Part shown: in pieces, positions 10,085 through 18,543 of the stretch
Layout of the letters: every line of letters starts with the position of its first letter
Numbering within the stretch: position 1 is the first letter of the stretch
Source: Acidaminococcales bacterium
Lineage (GTDB): Bacteria; Bacillota; Negativicutes; Acidaminococcales; JAISLQ01
Direction: 5' to 3'
Assembly (NCBI GenBank): GCA_031552765.1
Contig: JAVBME010000025.1
Location: forward strand, 3,270-67,269
Length of the DNA stretch: 64,000 nt
Program-made: the position numbers and the translations under genes
The notes under the pieces: generated by a model
What the model saw: the letters and a program-made list of their open reading frames with translations, nothing else
The model's database searches: none
Told to the model about the DNA's origin: nothing

Positions 10085-10098
10085 CAGACCTCTCCACT

Positions 10099-11232
10099 TC
10101 AGCCATTCCCAGCCATATCAAGCGCCAGCGCGGCCACCCTTCTGACCGCCCCCGGCTCGCCCAGCCGTTTTTTCATAAACTCCAAATCAGCGGCAATACA
10201 CGGCCGGTTATCTTCTTTAAGCATATCAAGAGCCGCTTGCGCTATATTTTCCGGCGTCGCCTCTTCCTGCAAAAGTTCCGGCAGGATGCGGCGACCGGCA
10301 ACGATATTCGGCAAGCCGATGTCAGGTATTTTGACAAGTTTCCTGGCAATGAACGCTGTCACAGGCGACGTTTTATAAACTATCACCGACGGCAGCCCGC
10401 ACAGCGCGGCTTCTAAAGTGACCGTGCCGCTTGTAGCCAATGCGATGTCAGATATATTCATTATATCATAATTGCGCCCTGTAACAACATGCACCGGCAC
10501 AGCGGCCTCAGACAAATATTTATGTAAAAGAGGCTCGGGTATGGTCGATGCTCGCGGCAAAATGAACCTGCACTCAGGCCTTTTTTCCGCCATTATCGCG
10601 GCGGCGCCCAAGATAGGCGGCAACAAACGCTCTATCTCTTGCAGCCTGCTGCCCGGCAACAGCATAACCGTTTTTTCCCCGGGCTGTTTGTTTATCAAAC
10701 ATTCAGCTTCTTCTCTCGACAATGAAGGATGAACTATATCAAGGAGCGGATGCCCGACAAACTCCACGTCAGCCCCCGCTGCCTGGTAAACATCCCGCTC
10801 AAAAGGAAATATGGCGGCTATCTTGGTCACAATTTTGGCGACATCTTTAGCCCGCCCCTTACGCCAGGCCCAGGCCGACGGACTGATAAACGAGAGGACG
10901 GGGATGCCTTTGGCGCGCGCTAGCTTCGCCAGGCGCATATTAAAGTCAGGATAGTCTATCACGATCAGGCACGAGGGGCGCCTTTCGTCCATCAACTTAC
11001 CTAGATCGTCCCGCAATTTAAAAAGTGACGGCAGCTTGCGCAAAACTTCAACAAGCCCCATCACGCCGTGTTCTTTTATATCAAATAAAACTTCGCCGCC
11101 GGCGGCACGTAGCGCGTCGCCGCCCATGCCAAAAACTTTTATGTTTTTATCCAGCTTAAAGAGCTCCGCTGTCAGAGCTCCGGCATGCAGGTCGCCGGAA
11201 GCCTCCCCGGCAGATATCATGATTTGCCGCAT
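10099..11232 (-). CDS. lpxB: Lipid-A-disaccharide synthase
   Basis: The N-terminus IMISAGEASGDLHAG is characteristic of LpxB. 377 aa and located after lpxA-lpxI. Confidence 0.9.
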   Translation of the reverse strand: MRQIMISAGEASGDLHAGALTAELFKLDKNIKVFGMGGDALRAAGGEVLFDIKEHGVMGLVEVLRKLPSLFKLRDDLGKLMDERRPSCLIVIDYPDFNMRLAKLARAKGIPVLSFISPSAWAWRKGRAKDVAKIVTKIAAIFPFERDVYQAAGADVEFVGHPLLDIVHPSLSREEAECLINKQPGEKTVMLLPGSRLQEIERLLPPILGAAAIMAEKRPECRFILPRASTIPEPLLHKYLSEAAVPVHVVTGRNYDIMNISDIALATSGTVTLEAALCGLPSVIVYKTSPVTAFIARKLVKIPDIGLPNIVAGRRILPELLQEEATPENIAQAALDMLKEDNRPCIAADLEFMKKRLGEPGAVRRVAALALDMAGNG

Positions 11233-11244
11233 CTTTTTCCTCCT

Positions 11245-12048
11245 CTAGCGAACGACTACTGCTATGCTTTTTTCATCAGCCAGAGCCAGCGCCTCTTCCC
11301 TTTGCACAAACAAGGTGCGCCCCGCTTCCATAACTATAGCGGAAGCCCCTGCCTCAACCATTGATTTTATAGTATCAAGACCAACGCTCGGCACATCAAA
11401 CCGCTGATCCTGTTGCGGTTTTGCTGCTTTAGCGACTACAACTCCCTGGCCGCCCAGCTCACCGCCCCGTTTGATGCAGGCGTCAGTGCCCTCTATAGCC
11501 TCTACAGCCATGACGGCCTGGTTTTTGACAACCACCGTCTGACCTATATCCAGCCGTCCTATTTCTTTGGCCATGTCAAGGCCATATAGGATATCTTTTT
11601 CTTCCCGTTCATCAGGAGCGCGTTTTGACAACTGTCCTACCGGCGGCAGCATAATTTTTATCATTTCCGTCTGATCCATAACCGTTATACCGTCCTTTGC
11701 CAATTCAGCCACGATTGCCAGCATTATAGTGTCGTCATTGCGGTTGGGCAGGGAAAACAATACCTTCATAGCGCGAAAATCCAAAGCAAAACCTTTGTAT
11801 AGTACTTCTTTGGTGACTTTGCCCAGCATAGTGACAAGTTTTATGTCGCACTTTTGCAATGTCTTGATTATTTTATCGATCTTGCCGGCGCTTATTTCAT
11901 AGTATTCGTCCACACAGTCCTTAAGGCAAGCCTCAACTGTCGGCAAAAGCGCTATAGCGGTAACATGAAAGCCCCTGCCGCGAGCGGCACGGGCAAAATC
12001 GACCGGTAAAAAGCCTTTCCCAGCCAATAAACCAATTTTCTCCTGCAT
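11245..12048 (-). CDS. lpxI: UDP-2,3-diacylglucosamine pyrophosphatase, LpxI type (DUF1009 family)
   Basis: 267 aa with N-terminus IGLLAGKGFLPVDFA, as in the LpxI family. It occupies the lpxA-X-lpxB slot typical of lpxI. No LpxH-like metallophosphoesterase is present in the window. Confidence 0.75.
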   Translation of the reverse strand: MQEKIGLLAGKGFLPVDFARAARGRGFHVTAIALLPTVEACLKDCVDEYYEISAGKIDKIIKTLQKCDIKLVTMLGKVTKEVLYKGFALDFRAMKVLFSLPNRNDDTIMLAIVAELAKDGITVMDQTEMIKIMLPPVGQLSKRAPDEREEKDILYGLDMAKEIGRLDIGQTVVVKNQAVMAVEAIEGTDACIKRGGELGGQGVVVAKAAKPQQDQRFDVPSVGLDTIKSMVEAGASAIVMEAGRTLFVQREEALALADEKSIAVVVR

Positions 12049-12061
12049 ACTCTACCCCTAA

Positions 12062-12877
12062 TCAGTCTTCTTTTCTGGTACGGCAGATGCCGCGCTCCAC
12101 ATTGCGCAAAAAACGCAAAAGATGCTCTATCTCTTCGCTTGTTTGCAGTTCCTGTTCCATCTCTGCTATCGCTTGCTCCAAAGAAAGCCCAGAACGATAT
12201 ATGAGCTTATAAGCCTTTTTCAGGTCGCTCCTCACTTGCGGAGAAATGCCGGCACGGGCAAGCCCAACGCTGTTTAACCCGATGACAAAGGAGGGATTAC
12301 CATCGGCGATGACAAAAGGCAAAACATCCTGCGTTACTTTTGCCATACCGCCGATCATAGCGTTGCGGCCTATTTTAACAAACTGATGCACGCCGGTCAG
12401 TCCGCCGATAACGGCGCGGTCTTCGACTTCCACATGCCCGGCCAATCCGGCGCAGTTGGACATGATGACATTGTTGCCAACTATGCAATTGTGCGCGACG
12501 TGAGTTCCGGCCATCATCAGTACATTGTTGCCGATGCGCGTTTCGTTTCCTTCGCCGGTCGCCCGGTTTACTGTAGCGCATTCTCTTATTTTCACATTAT
12601 CGCCAATAATTACATAACTCTTTTCGCCGACAAATTTTAAATCTTGCGGTTCGCCGCCGATGACGCAACCAGGATAAAAGACGCAATTTTTACCGACAGA
12701 TGTCCAGCCTTCTAGCACGGCATGGGCGCCCACCTTAGTACCGCTATCTATGCTGACGTTCTCTCCTATAACCGCATATGGCCCGATTTCAACATCTTTG
12801 GCTATTTTTGCGCCAGGATAGATGACAGCTGTTTCGTGTATTTTCCTCAAAGGAACCACTACTGAATCGTTTTTCAT
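12062..12877 (-). CDS. lpxA: UDP-N-acetylglucosamine O-acyltransferase
   Basis: Left-handed beta-helix hexapeptide repeats followed by a helical C-terminal domain. 271 aa, in the fabZ-lpxA-lpxI-lpxB context. Confidence 0.9.
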   Translation of the reverse strand: MKNDSVVVPLRKIHETAVIYPGAKIAKDVEIGPYAVIGENVSIDSGTKVGAHAVLEGWTSVGKNCVFYPGCVIGGEPQDLKFVGEKSYVIIGDNVKIRECATVNRATGEGNETRIGNNVLMMAGTHVAHNCIVGNNVIMSNCAGLAGHVEVEDRAVIGGLTGVHQFVKIGRNAMIGGMAKVTQDVLPFVIADGNPSFVIGLNSVGLARAGISPQVRSDLKKAYKLIYRSGLSLEQAIAEMEQELQTSEEIEHLLRFLRNVERGICRTRKED

Positions 12878-13031
12878 TGGTAGCCTCCCGCTGTTAAAGC
12901 TTTAAATAAACTATTAACTATATAATCGGCAGTAATAATGTTTTATTGCTGGCAAAATTAAAGCATTTAGGCGGATAAGAGATTATATATGGCTAAAAAA
13001 TGAAAATACATATCATATTTTAGCTGTTTGT

Positions 13032-13478
13032 TCATTTTTTCGCTTCTTTGCTTACCATGGCAAACATAAATTCACCTTCGGCTACCAGTTCCGAGCCGAC
13101 ATGGGCAACAGAACCTATCTTACCCATATTGCCTTTAATTTTAAGAATGGTCGATTCCATGAGAACCTGGTCGCCGGGAACTACCGGCCTGCGGAACTTT
13201 ACTTTGTCTATGCCGGTAAATAATGCCAATTTGCCCCGGTGCTCTTCCGGATATAAAAGGGTGACCCCGCCTACCTGCGCCATTGCTTCTACTAAAAGAA
13301 CCCCGGGCATTATCGGCTGGTCAGGAAAATGGCCGTGAAATTGTATTTCGTTGAAAGTAATATTTTTTATGCCTAAGCCGCGCTTCATAGGCTCTAACTC
13401 CAAAATGCGGTCAATAAGCAAAAACGGGTATCTGTGTGGCAATATTTCCTGGATTTCAAGGATATTTAAACTTAACAT
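13032..13478 (-). CDS. fabZ: 3-hydroxyacyl-ACP dehydratase
   Basis: [14 protein letters not shown] and HFP..PIMPGVL motifs. 148 aa; its start overlaps the lpxC stop. Confidence 0.93.
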   Translation of the reverse strand: MLSLNILEIQEILPHRYPFLLIDRILELEPMKRGLGIKNITFNEIQFHGHFPDQPIMPGVLLVEAMAQVGGVTLLYPEEHRGKLALFTGIDKVKFRRPVVPGDQVLMESTILKIKGNMGKIGSVAHVGSELVAEGEFMFAMVSKEAKK

Positions 13479-14329
13479 GAGCCGCTCTCTCCTTTTTTCG
13501 CATATTCAGCTATTTTTTTAGCAAGTGCTGTATTCAAGGCATGCCCTGACTTTACCGCTATTATATGGCCGCAAAAACGGCCCGCCAAAAACAGGTCGCC
13601 CAGCAGGTCTAAAAGCTTGTGCCGTACCAGCTCGTTGTCAAACCTGAGCGGCGTCAATACTCTTTCTTCGTCATAAACGATAACGTTGTCCGCGCTTCCT
13701 CCCAGGCCCAGTCCCATTTTTTTCAGCCCTTCAACTTCGTGCATGAAAGCTATCGTCCTGGCCGGGGCTATTTCTTTGGCAAAGTCGTCTCTACCGGCTT
13801 CGATATCAAGATACTGCGAACCCAAAAGAGGATGGTCGTTCAAAGAAAGAAAAGAAAATCTTTGCCCGGCATAAGGCACGGCGACGATGTACCTGTCCCC
13901 GTCATGTATGGCAAACTCTCTGTCTATATGAAGCACTGCTCTTTCTTTATCCTGCTCCAGTATGCCGGCCTCTTTTATCAGCTCTATAAAAGGCATCGCG
14001 CTGCCGTCAGCTACCGGCGGTTCCGGACCGTCAAGCTCTACCTGACAGTTGTCAACTCCTGTGATGTAAAGCGCCGATAAAAGGTGCTCGACAGTAAAAA
14101 CCTCCCGGCCTTCGTGACAAAGTGTGGTAGCACGCACGGTAGCGCCGACAAAAGCCGCCCGGGCCGGTATAGCAGTACGCTCCGGCAAATCGGCGCGCAC
14201 AAAAATTATCCCGCTGTCGGGCGGCAATGGTTTCAAGACCACAGTCGCCGGTTTACCGGAATGAAGGCCTATGCCTGTATAGGAAACATCTTTGGCAAGG
14301 GTCTTTTGCCTGTAGTTTTTAATATCCAA
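13472..14329 (-). CDS. lpxC: UDP-3-O-acyl-N-acetylglucosamine deacetylase
   Basis: LpxC motifs: RQKTL....SYTGIGLHSG, TVEHLLSAL, and HALN near the C-terminus. Preferred start is the TTG at 14329, which has an AAAGGAGG RBS 6 nt upstream. The ORF-track start at 14428 would overlap the upstream gene by 58 nt. Confidence 0.9.
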   Translation of the reverse strand: MDIKNYRQKTLAKDVSYTGIGLHSGKPATVVLKPLPPDSGIIFVRADLPERTAIPARAAFVGATVRATTLCHEGREVFTVEHLLSALYITGVDNCQVELDGPEPPVADGSAMPFIELIKEAGILEQDKERAVLHIDREFAIHDGDRYIVAVPYAGQRFSFLSLNDHPLLGSQYLDIEAGRDDFAKEIAPARTIAFMHEVEGLKKMGLGLGGSADNVIVYDEERVLTPLRFDNELVRHKLLDLLGDLFLAGRFCGHIIAVKSGHALNTALAKKIAEYAKKGESGSC

Positions 14330-14370
14330 AATACGCCTCCTTTCTATGTTAAATTTATATTTATCATATC

Positions 14371-15258
14371 TTAATGCTTCTCTTGCAAGATGCTCGACGC
14401 TTTCCAGCGGTTGTGCAGCCAAAACCACATTTCCGGCTGTTTGCGTATTTCGTCTTCCAAATCCTTCATCAAAGCCTGTGTTGCTTGCTGTACGTCCTTT
14501 TCCCGGTCATGGGAGCGTTCGACATTTATCGGCGGCCGGAAGACTATGTCCCTCCTGCCGTCAGGATGGGTATACGTCAGCACAAGTACCAGCGGTACCC
14601 CTCTCATCCTGGCCAGCGTCGCCGCCCCTTTGGGGCAGGAAGTAGGACGGCCGAAGAAATCCACTGCCACGCCGGCTTCCCCGCCATCCTGATCGGCCAA
14701 AAGACCTATGGCATAACCTTGATCAAGCATACGCGCCATCTCCAGGACTCCGGTCTTGTAGGTAACATGCTCGCCCACCATGCTGCGGTATTCATTGATA
14801 AAACGGTCCATGCCGAGCTGCTTTTGTTTTTTGGCAACAGCCACGATGGGTATATCATAAAGCGCCAAAGCAGCGCCAAAAAGTTCCCAGTTGTCAAAAT
14901 GCGCGGTGGCCAGTATTATACCCTTGCCATCTTGGAAGAGATTTTTGAAAGAGTGCAATTGTGGAAAAGAAACTTTCTGCTTTATATTTTCTTTATTCAG
15001 AAGGGGAAAACACAACACTTCCACCATCATCGGACCAAATTTCAATACGCTTGCTTTAGCTATACGCCTGGCTTCGGGCTGCTCTAGGGAAAGGCATTCG
15101 CGCACCTGACCGGTTGCCAGATCTTTACGCCAGCGGGGCGTCACAAACCAAAATACCTGCCCCAGAAAAATGCCCAACTTTTCCTTTAAAAAATCGGGCA
15201 ATATGCATACTATCTTACTTATGGCTTTCATCAGATAATATTGCCACATACTAAGCAT
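14371..15258 (-). CDS. Lipid A biosynthesis late acyltransferase (LpxL/LpxM family), copy 2
   Basis: 295 aa and a paralogue of 1821..2708. The N-terminus is similar (MWQYYLMKAISKIVCILP) and the motif ATAHFDNWE is present. Confidence 0.8.
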   Translation of the reverse strand: MLSMWQYYLMKAISKIVCILPDFLKEKLGIFLGQVFWFVTPRWRKDLATGQVRECLSLEQPEARRIAKASVLKFGPMMVEVLCFPLLNKENIKQKVSFPQLHSFKNLFQDGKGIILATAHFDNWELFGAALALYDIPIVAVAKKQKQLGMDRFINEYRSMVGEHVTYKTGVLEMARMLDQGYAIGLLADQDGGEAGVAVDFFGRPTSCPKGAATLARMRGVPLVLVLTYTHPDGRRDIVFRPPINVERSHDREKDVQQATQALMKDLEDEIRKQPEMWFWLHNRWKASSILQEKH

Positions 15259-15281
15259 AAACCTCTTTCCGGCAAAATACT

Positions 15282-15911
15282 TTAAAATTCCAGTTGTATC
15301 CCGCCATAAAAGCGCTCGTCGCGCCAGCCCAAATCAAAGCGCAGGCCGTGCTTTTCCCGTACATAGACACCGTAATTAAAGTGCTGGCCGTCATATTCCA
15401 TCATAAGGGTAAATACTGGAATAAAGGGAAGTTTTTTGCGCCAGTTTTTATCTAGGCGTATCTGTTTCTCAAGGCCATAAAAAAGGCCGTTGTCCTGGCC
15501 GCTCTTTACCCCCAAATGCAGGCGTATGCCCCATGGCGCCTGTTTGCTGGCCACCAGATAATAACTGCGGTCTATTGCGTCAGACAGATCGTCCACACCG
15601 ACAGCTACCGCCGGTTTTAGCACGCGTTCTTCCAGCAGCGCCACCTTGCCGCTGTAGACATTATATTCTTTGTCATCTAAACGCCAGCGGCTGTAGCCGA
15701 GTTCAAAACCCCTGGCTATAGCTATGCTGCCGGCAAAAACATCGTCGCCGGAAAGGTTGAAATAACCGGCCGAACCATGCAATGGCTGCAAAATATAAGC
15801 TGTAGGGATACTTACCAGACCGCTCCGCCCTTCAGGAGTGACTGCGCCTTCAGCAGGCAGCGCCAATACGCATAAAAGCAAAAAAATGCACGCGCCGACG
15901 CGAAACCGCAT
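15282..15911 (-). CDS. Small exported protein, probable outer-membrane beta-barrel (possibly YjbH-like); function unknown
   Basis: Signal peptide MRFRVGACIFLLLCVLALPAEG. The sequence has alternating beta-strand character and ends ...GGIQLEF, a C-terminal aromatic residue typical of OMP beta-signals. The ORF-track start is 15923; the ATG at 15911 follows a GGTGGTGATGG RBS. Confidence 0.6.
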   Translation of the reverse strand: MRFRVGACIFLLLCVLALPAEGAVTPEGRSGLVSIPTAYILQPLHGSAGYFNLSGDDVFAGSIAIARGFELGYSRWRLDDKEYNVYSGKVALLEERVLKPAVAVGVDDLSDAIDRSYYLVASKQAPWGIRLHLGVKSGQDNGLFYGLEKQIRLDKNWRKKLPFIPVFTLMMEYDGQHFNYGVYVREKHGLRFDLGWRDERFYGGIQLEF

Positions 15912-15966
15912 GACCATCACCACCTAAAACTTTGCTACAAAATAAAAATAGACAGTTGTATTATAC

Positions 15967-16003
15967 AATAAAAAACCGGCAAATGCACGCGTGCATTTGC
16001 CGG
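15967..16003 (-). terminator. Intrinsic terminator downstream of lpxD
   Basis: Perfect palindrome CCGGCAAATGCACGCGTGCATTTGCCGG at 15976..16003, followed on the minus strand by TTTTTTATTG. A TATAAT hexamer at 15960..15965 (minus) could restart transcription for the next gene. Confidence 0.75.
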
Positions 16004-16017
16004 ACATATGCAATACT

Positions 16018-17049
16018 TCATTCACCCTTGCCTTCAAGATGTTCCAACTTTAATTCCAGCTCGCCCAAACGCCTGAGTATATCAGGCAACTTTCTCTGCA
16101 AAGCTTCCTGTTTCAGCCACTCTTTATGAGGACGCGCAGGAAAACCGGCATAGACAGAATTGCTCGGGACATCGGCGGTAATACCGGAGCGGCCGGCAAA
16201 CACGCAATTATCACCTATGGTTATATGACCCGATGTAGCTACCTGGCCGGCCATTGTGACATTATTGCCGACTTTTACGCTGCCGGAGATACCCACATGG
16301 GCAACCAGAAAGCAGTTCTCGCCAATGATATCGTTGTGCGCGACATGCACAAGGTTGTCTATCTTGGTGCCTTTTCCTACTACCGTGCTGCCGGTAGTCC
16401 CACAGTCGACACAGCTATTGCAGCCGATCTCAACATCGTCGCCTATGATGACGTTACCGACCTGCGGCACTTTTTTATGTTTTCCTTCCACAGTAACATA
16501 ACCAAAACCGTCGCCGCCGACAACACTGCCGCTATGCAGAACCACCCTGTCGCCCAGTTGGCAGCCTTCGTATACAGTCGTGCTGGGATAAAGCAGGCAA
16601 TCCTTACCTAGTTTTACATCCCTACCCACATAACTGTGCGGGTAAAGGACGCAGCCGTCGCCGATCTCAGCCCCTTCTTCCACTACAGCATACGGCATGA
16701 TGGCGACATTGCCGCCAATCTTGGCGCCGTGCGCTACCATTGCAGCCGGGTGCACAGTCCTGGATACGTTTATAGGCGGGTTGAACAACTCCAGTACCCG
16801 CGCAAACGCCGCCCGCGGGTTGTCCACTACGATCGCCGGTTTGGCAAAGCCTTTTTCGCTTCCTTTAGGCAAAATTACAGCTCCAGCCTTGGATTTTCCT
16901 GCTTTGGCAATGTTTGGCGGTACCGCAAAGGTTATTTCACGCTCAGTGGCTTCTTCGATGTTTGTCACACCATAAATATCGGGATTGTTATCGCCCGCCA
17001 GCTCGCCGCCGACTAAAGCGGCAAGTTCTTTTAATGTTTTCTTGACCAC
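16018..17049 (-). CDS. lpxD: UDP-3-O-acylglucosamine N-acyltransferase
   Basis: N-terminal domain (KKTLKELAALVGGEL) followed by long hexapeptide-repeat beta-helix and a C-terminal helix. Preferred GTG start at 17049 has a GGGAGG RBS 8 nt upstream. The ORF-track ATG at 17070 forms ATGA with the upstream stop. Confidence 0.9.
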   Translation of the reverse strand: MVKKTLKELAALVGGELAGDNNPDIYGVTNIEEATEREITFAVPPNIAKAGKSKAGAVILPKGSEKGFAKPAIVVDNPRAAFARVLELFNPPINVSRTVHPAAMVAHGAKIGGNVAIMPYAVVEEGAEIGDGCVLYPHSYVGRDVKLGKDCLLYPSTTVYEGCQLGDRVVLHSGSVVGGDGFGYVTVEGKHKKVPQVGNVIIGDDVEIGCNSCVDCGTTGSTVVGKGTKIDNLVHVAHNDIIGENCFLVAHVGISGSVKVGNNVTMAGQVATSGHITIGDNCVFAGRSGITADVPSNSVYAGFPARPHKEWLKQEALQRKLPDILRRLGELELKLEHLEGKGE

Positions 17050-17066
17050 GAAAGCAGCCTCCCAAA

Positions 17067-17480
17067 TCATTTCATCCTTTTAATGACGTCATCTGTCACA
17101 TCTACGCCGCCATGCAACACGCTTCCTTTAGCAAGTACGGCTCCCAGTTTTTTCTCTTTGGCTACTTCATCCATAGCTTTATTCAGGCTGGCTTGAAACT
17201 CTTCTTCCAGTTTACCGCCAAATGCCTGCATCTCAGCATTATTAGCCTGCTGCTTTTTCGTCAGCTCGTCGCCTTTGAGCGTAGCCTTGTCTTTTTCTTC
17301 AGCAGCCTGCATTTCTTTCATTTTATTTTCCATCTGTGTACGCAGATCTTTTACTTTTGGGCTGTCTTGCATCACTTTTTGCATATCCACATAACCAAAA
17401 GCCGCATTACGGCCACCACAACCGGCCATAAAAGCAGTCAGCAAAACTACGGCCATGATAAAAACTATTTTTTTTCTCAT
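17067..17480 (-). CDS. Skp/OmpH-family periplasmic chaperone, lipoprotein form (paralogue c)
   Basis: 137 aa with lipobox-like LTAFMAGC. The OmpH-type sequence begins GYVDMQKVMQDSPKV and is followed by a charged coiled-coil region. Located between bamA and lpxD, as skp is in Proteobacteria. Confidence 0.75.
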   Translation of the reverse strand: MRKKIVFIMAVVLLTAFMAGCGGRNAAFGYVDMQKVMQDSPKVKDLRTQMENKMKEMQAAEEKDKATLKGDELTKKQQANNAEMQAFGGKLEEEFQASLNKAMDEVAKEKKLGAVLAKGSVLHGGVDVTDDVIKRMK

Positions 17481-17508
17481 GCTACACTTAGTCTCCTCTC
17501 AAATTACA

Positions 17509-18465
17509 CTACTTGTTATTTGCATCTATCTTTTTAGGCAGCCCCGCTATGACCTCGTCAGTGATATCGGTTGCCTTGATATTCACTCTTACATCGGAAA
17601 AGACCACCGTATACTTTTTTTGCGTGGCTATCCGTGCAACCTGGCTTTTTATATCGTCGTAAATCTTGTTGTAAAGTTTATCTGCCAAAAGCTGCTGTTC
17701 GACTAATTGCTTATCTATCGCCGCAATACCTTTAGAGAAAGTTTCCGGGATGCCGGCCAGCCTTTCATCAGACGTCCTTTGTCTTTCCCGCCCGCTTGCC
17801 GACAACTCATCTCTTAGCTCCTCCGCCCTTTTGCTCAGACGCCGGTTGGCTTCTTCTTCATAGCCTTTCATGGCCGCCTCAAGGAGGATATCGCCTTCCT
17901 GGTAAACCGCGTTTATTTTCTGCGCTTTTTCCGCCATTAGAAGCGCCGCTTCAGCTATAAGCTTTTCTTTTTCCGCCTTTATGTCGTCGCGTGAACGGCG
18001 CACCGGGTTTATCGACTCTATACGCACTTTGAGATTAAATAGCGGTAGCCGGTATTCTTCTTCTATTGCCGCAACTTTAGAAGACAAAGCGGCATCTATC
18101 CGCTCTTTTTCCTGCCGCCGTTGCTTTTCAAGCATTTCTCTTTCCGCCAGCCGGGCTTCAGTCATACGGACAGTGTAATCCGCCTGCATAAAAGTATTGT
18201 GCCCCTGTTCGCCTAATTGCTGCATTTTATTTATAAGCGCCGCCTGGCTTTGCGCCATCCGGACATGGCTGTCTTTTAGCCTCAGGGTACTCTCCCTGCT
18301 GCTTACGGCGTTTTGCCAGACCGGATACAAAACGTGGGCGGCCATGGCCTTAGAAGTATCGACTATTGCGATATTTTCTGTTTGCCCAGCTTTCTGGCCG
18401 GCGCAAGCAACAAGAAAAAAACAAGCCGTGCACAGCAAAATACTGGACAAGAGGCGATATTTCAT
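17509..18465 (-). CDS. Long coiled-coil OmpH-like lipoprotein (paralogue b)
   Basis: 318 aa with signal and lipobox FFLVACAG. It has an IAIVDTSKAM start motif, very long E/K/R/A/L-rich helical segments, and a C-terminal YTVVFSDVRVNIKATDITDEVI resembling the OmpH C-terminus. Confidence 0.6.
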   Translation of the reverse strand: MKYRLLSSILLCTACFFLVACAGQKAGQTENIAIVDTSKAMAAHVLYPVWQNAVSSRESTLRLKDSHVRMAQSQAALINKMQQLGEQGHNTFMQADYTVRMTEARLAEREMLEKQRRQEKERIDAALSSKVAAIEEEYRLPLFNLKVRIESINPVRRSRDDIKAEKEKLIAEAALLMAEKAQKINAVYQEGDILLEAAMKGYEEEANRRLSKRAEELRDELSASGRERQRTSDERLAGIPETFSKGIAAIDKQLVEQQLLADKLYNKIYDDIKSQVARIATQKKYTVVFSDVRVNIKATDITDEVIAGLPKKIDANNK

Positions 18466-18494
18466 AACTTACCTCCATAAAGAAGGACTGCTTT

Positions 18495-18523
18495 CAAGAA
18501 AAGAGGCCCGCTTCCGGGCCTCT
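18495..18523 (-). terminator. Intrinsic terminator candidate after ompH paralogue a
   Basis: Stem AGAGGCCCG / CGGGCCTCT with a 4-nt loop at 18502..18523. It is followed on the minus strand by TTTCTTG. Confidence 0.55.
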
Positions 18524-18543
18524 ATAATGGCACTGAAAACCGT

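Noticed and set aside
12375-12640. Short ORFs in alternative frames and periodic DNA inside lpxA (similar patterns occur in lpxD and glmU)
   Set aside because: The periodicity is explained by left-handed beta-helix hexapeptide repeats of the acyltransferases. It is not a repeat element or an overlapping gene.
13472-14428. The long form of lpxC starting at 14428
   Set aside because: It would overlap the upstream acyltransferase by 58 nt and add ~33 residues not found in LpxC N-termini. The TTG at 14329 has a strong AAAGGAGG RBS.
15282-15911. Assigning the small OM protein as PagP or PagL
   Set aside because: I could not find the PagP (His/Asp/Ser) or PagL (HxSN-type) signature contexts by eye, so only the location suggests a lipid A link.
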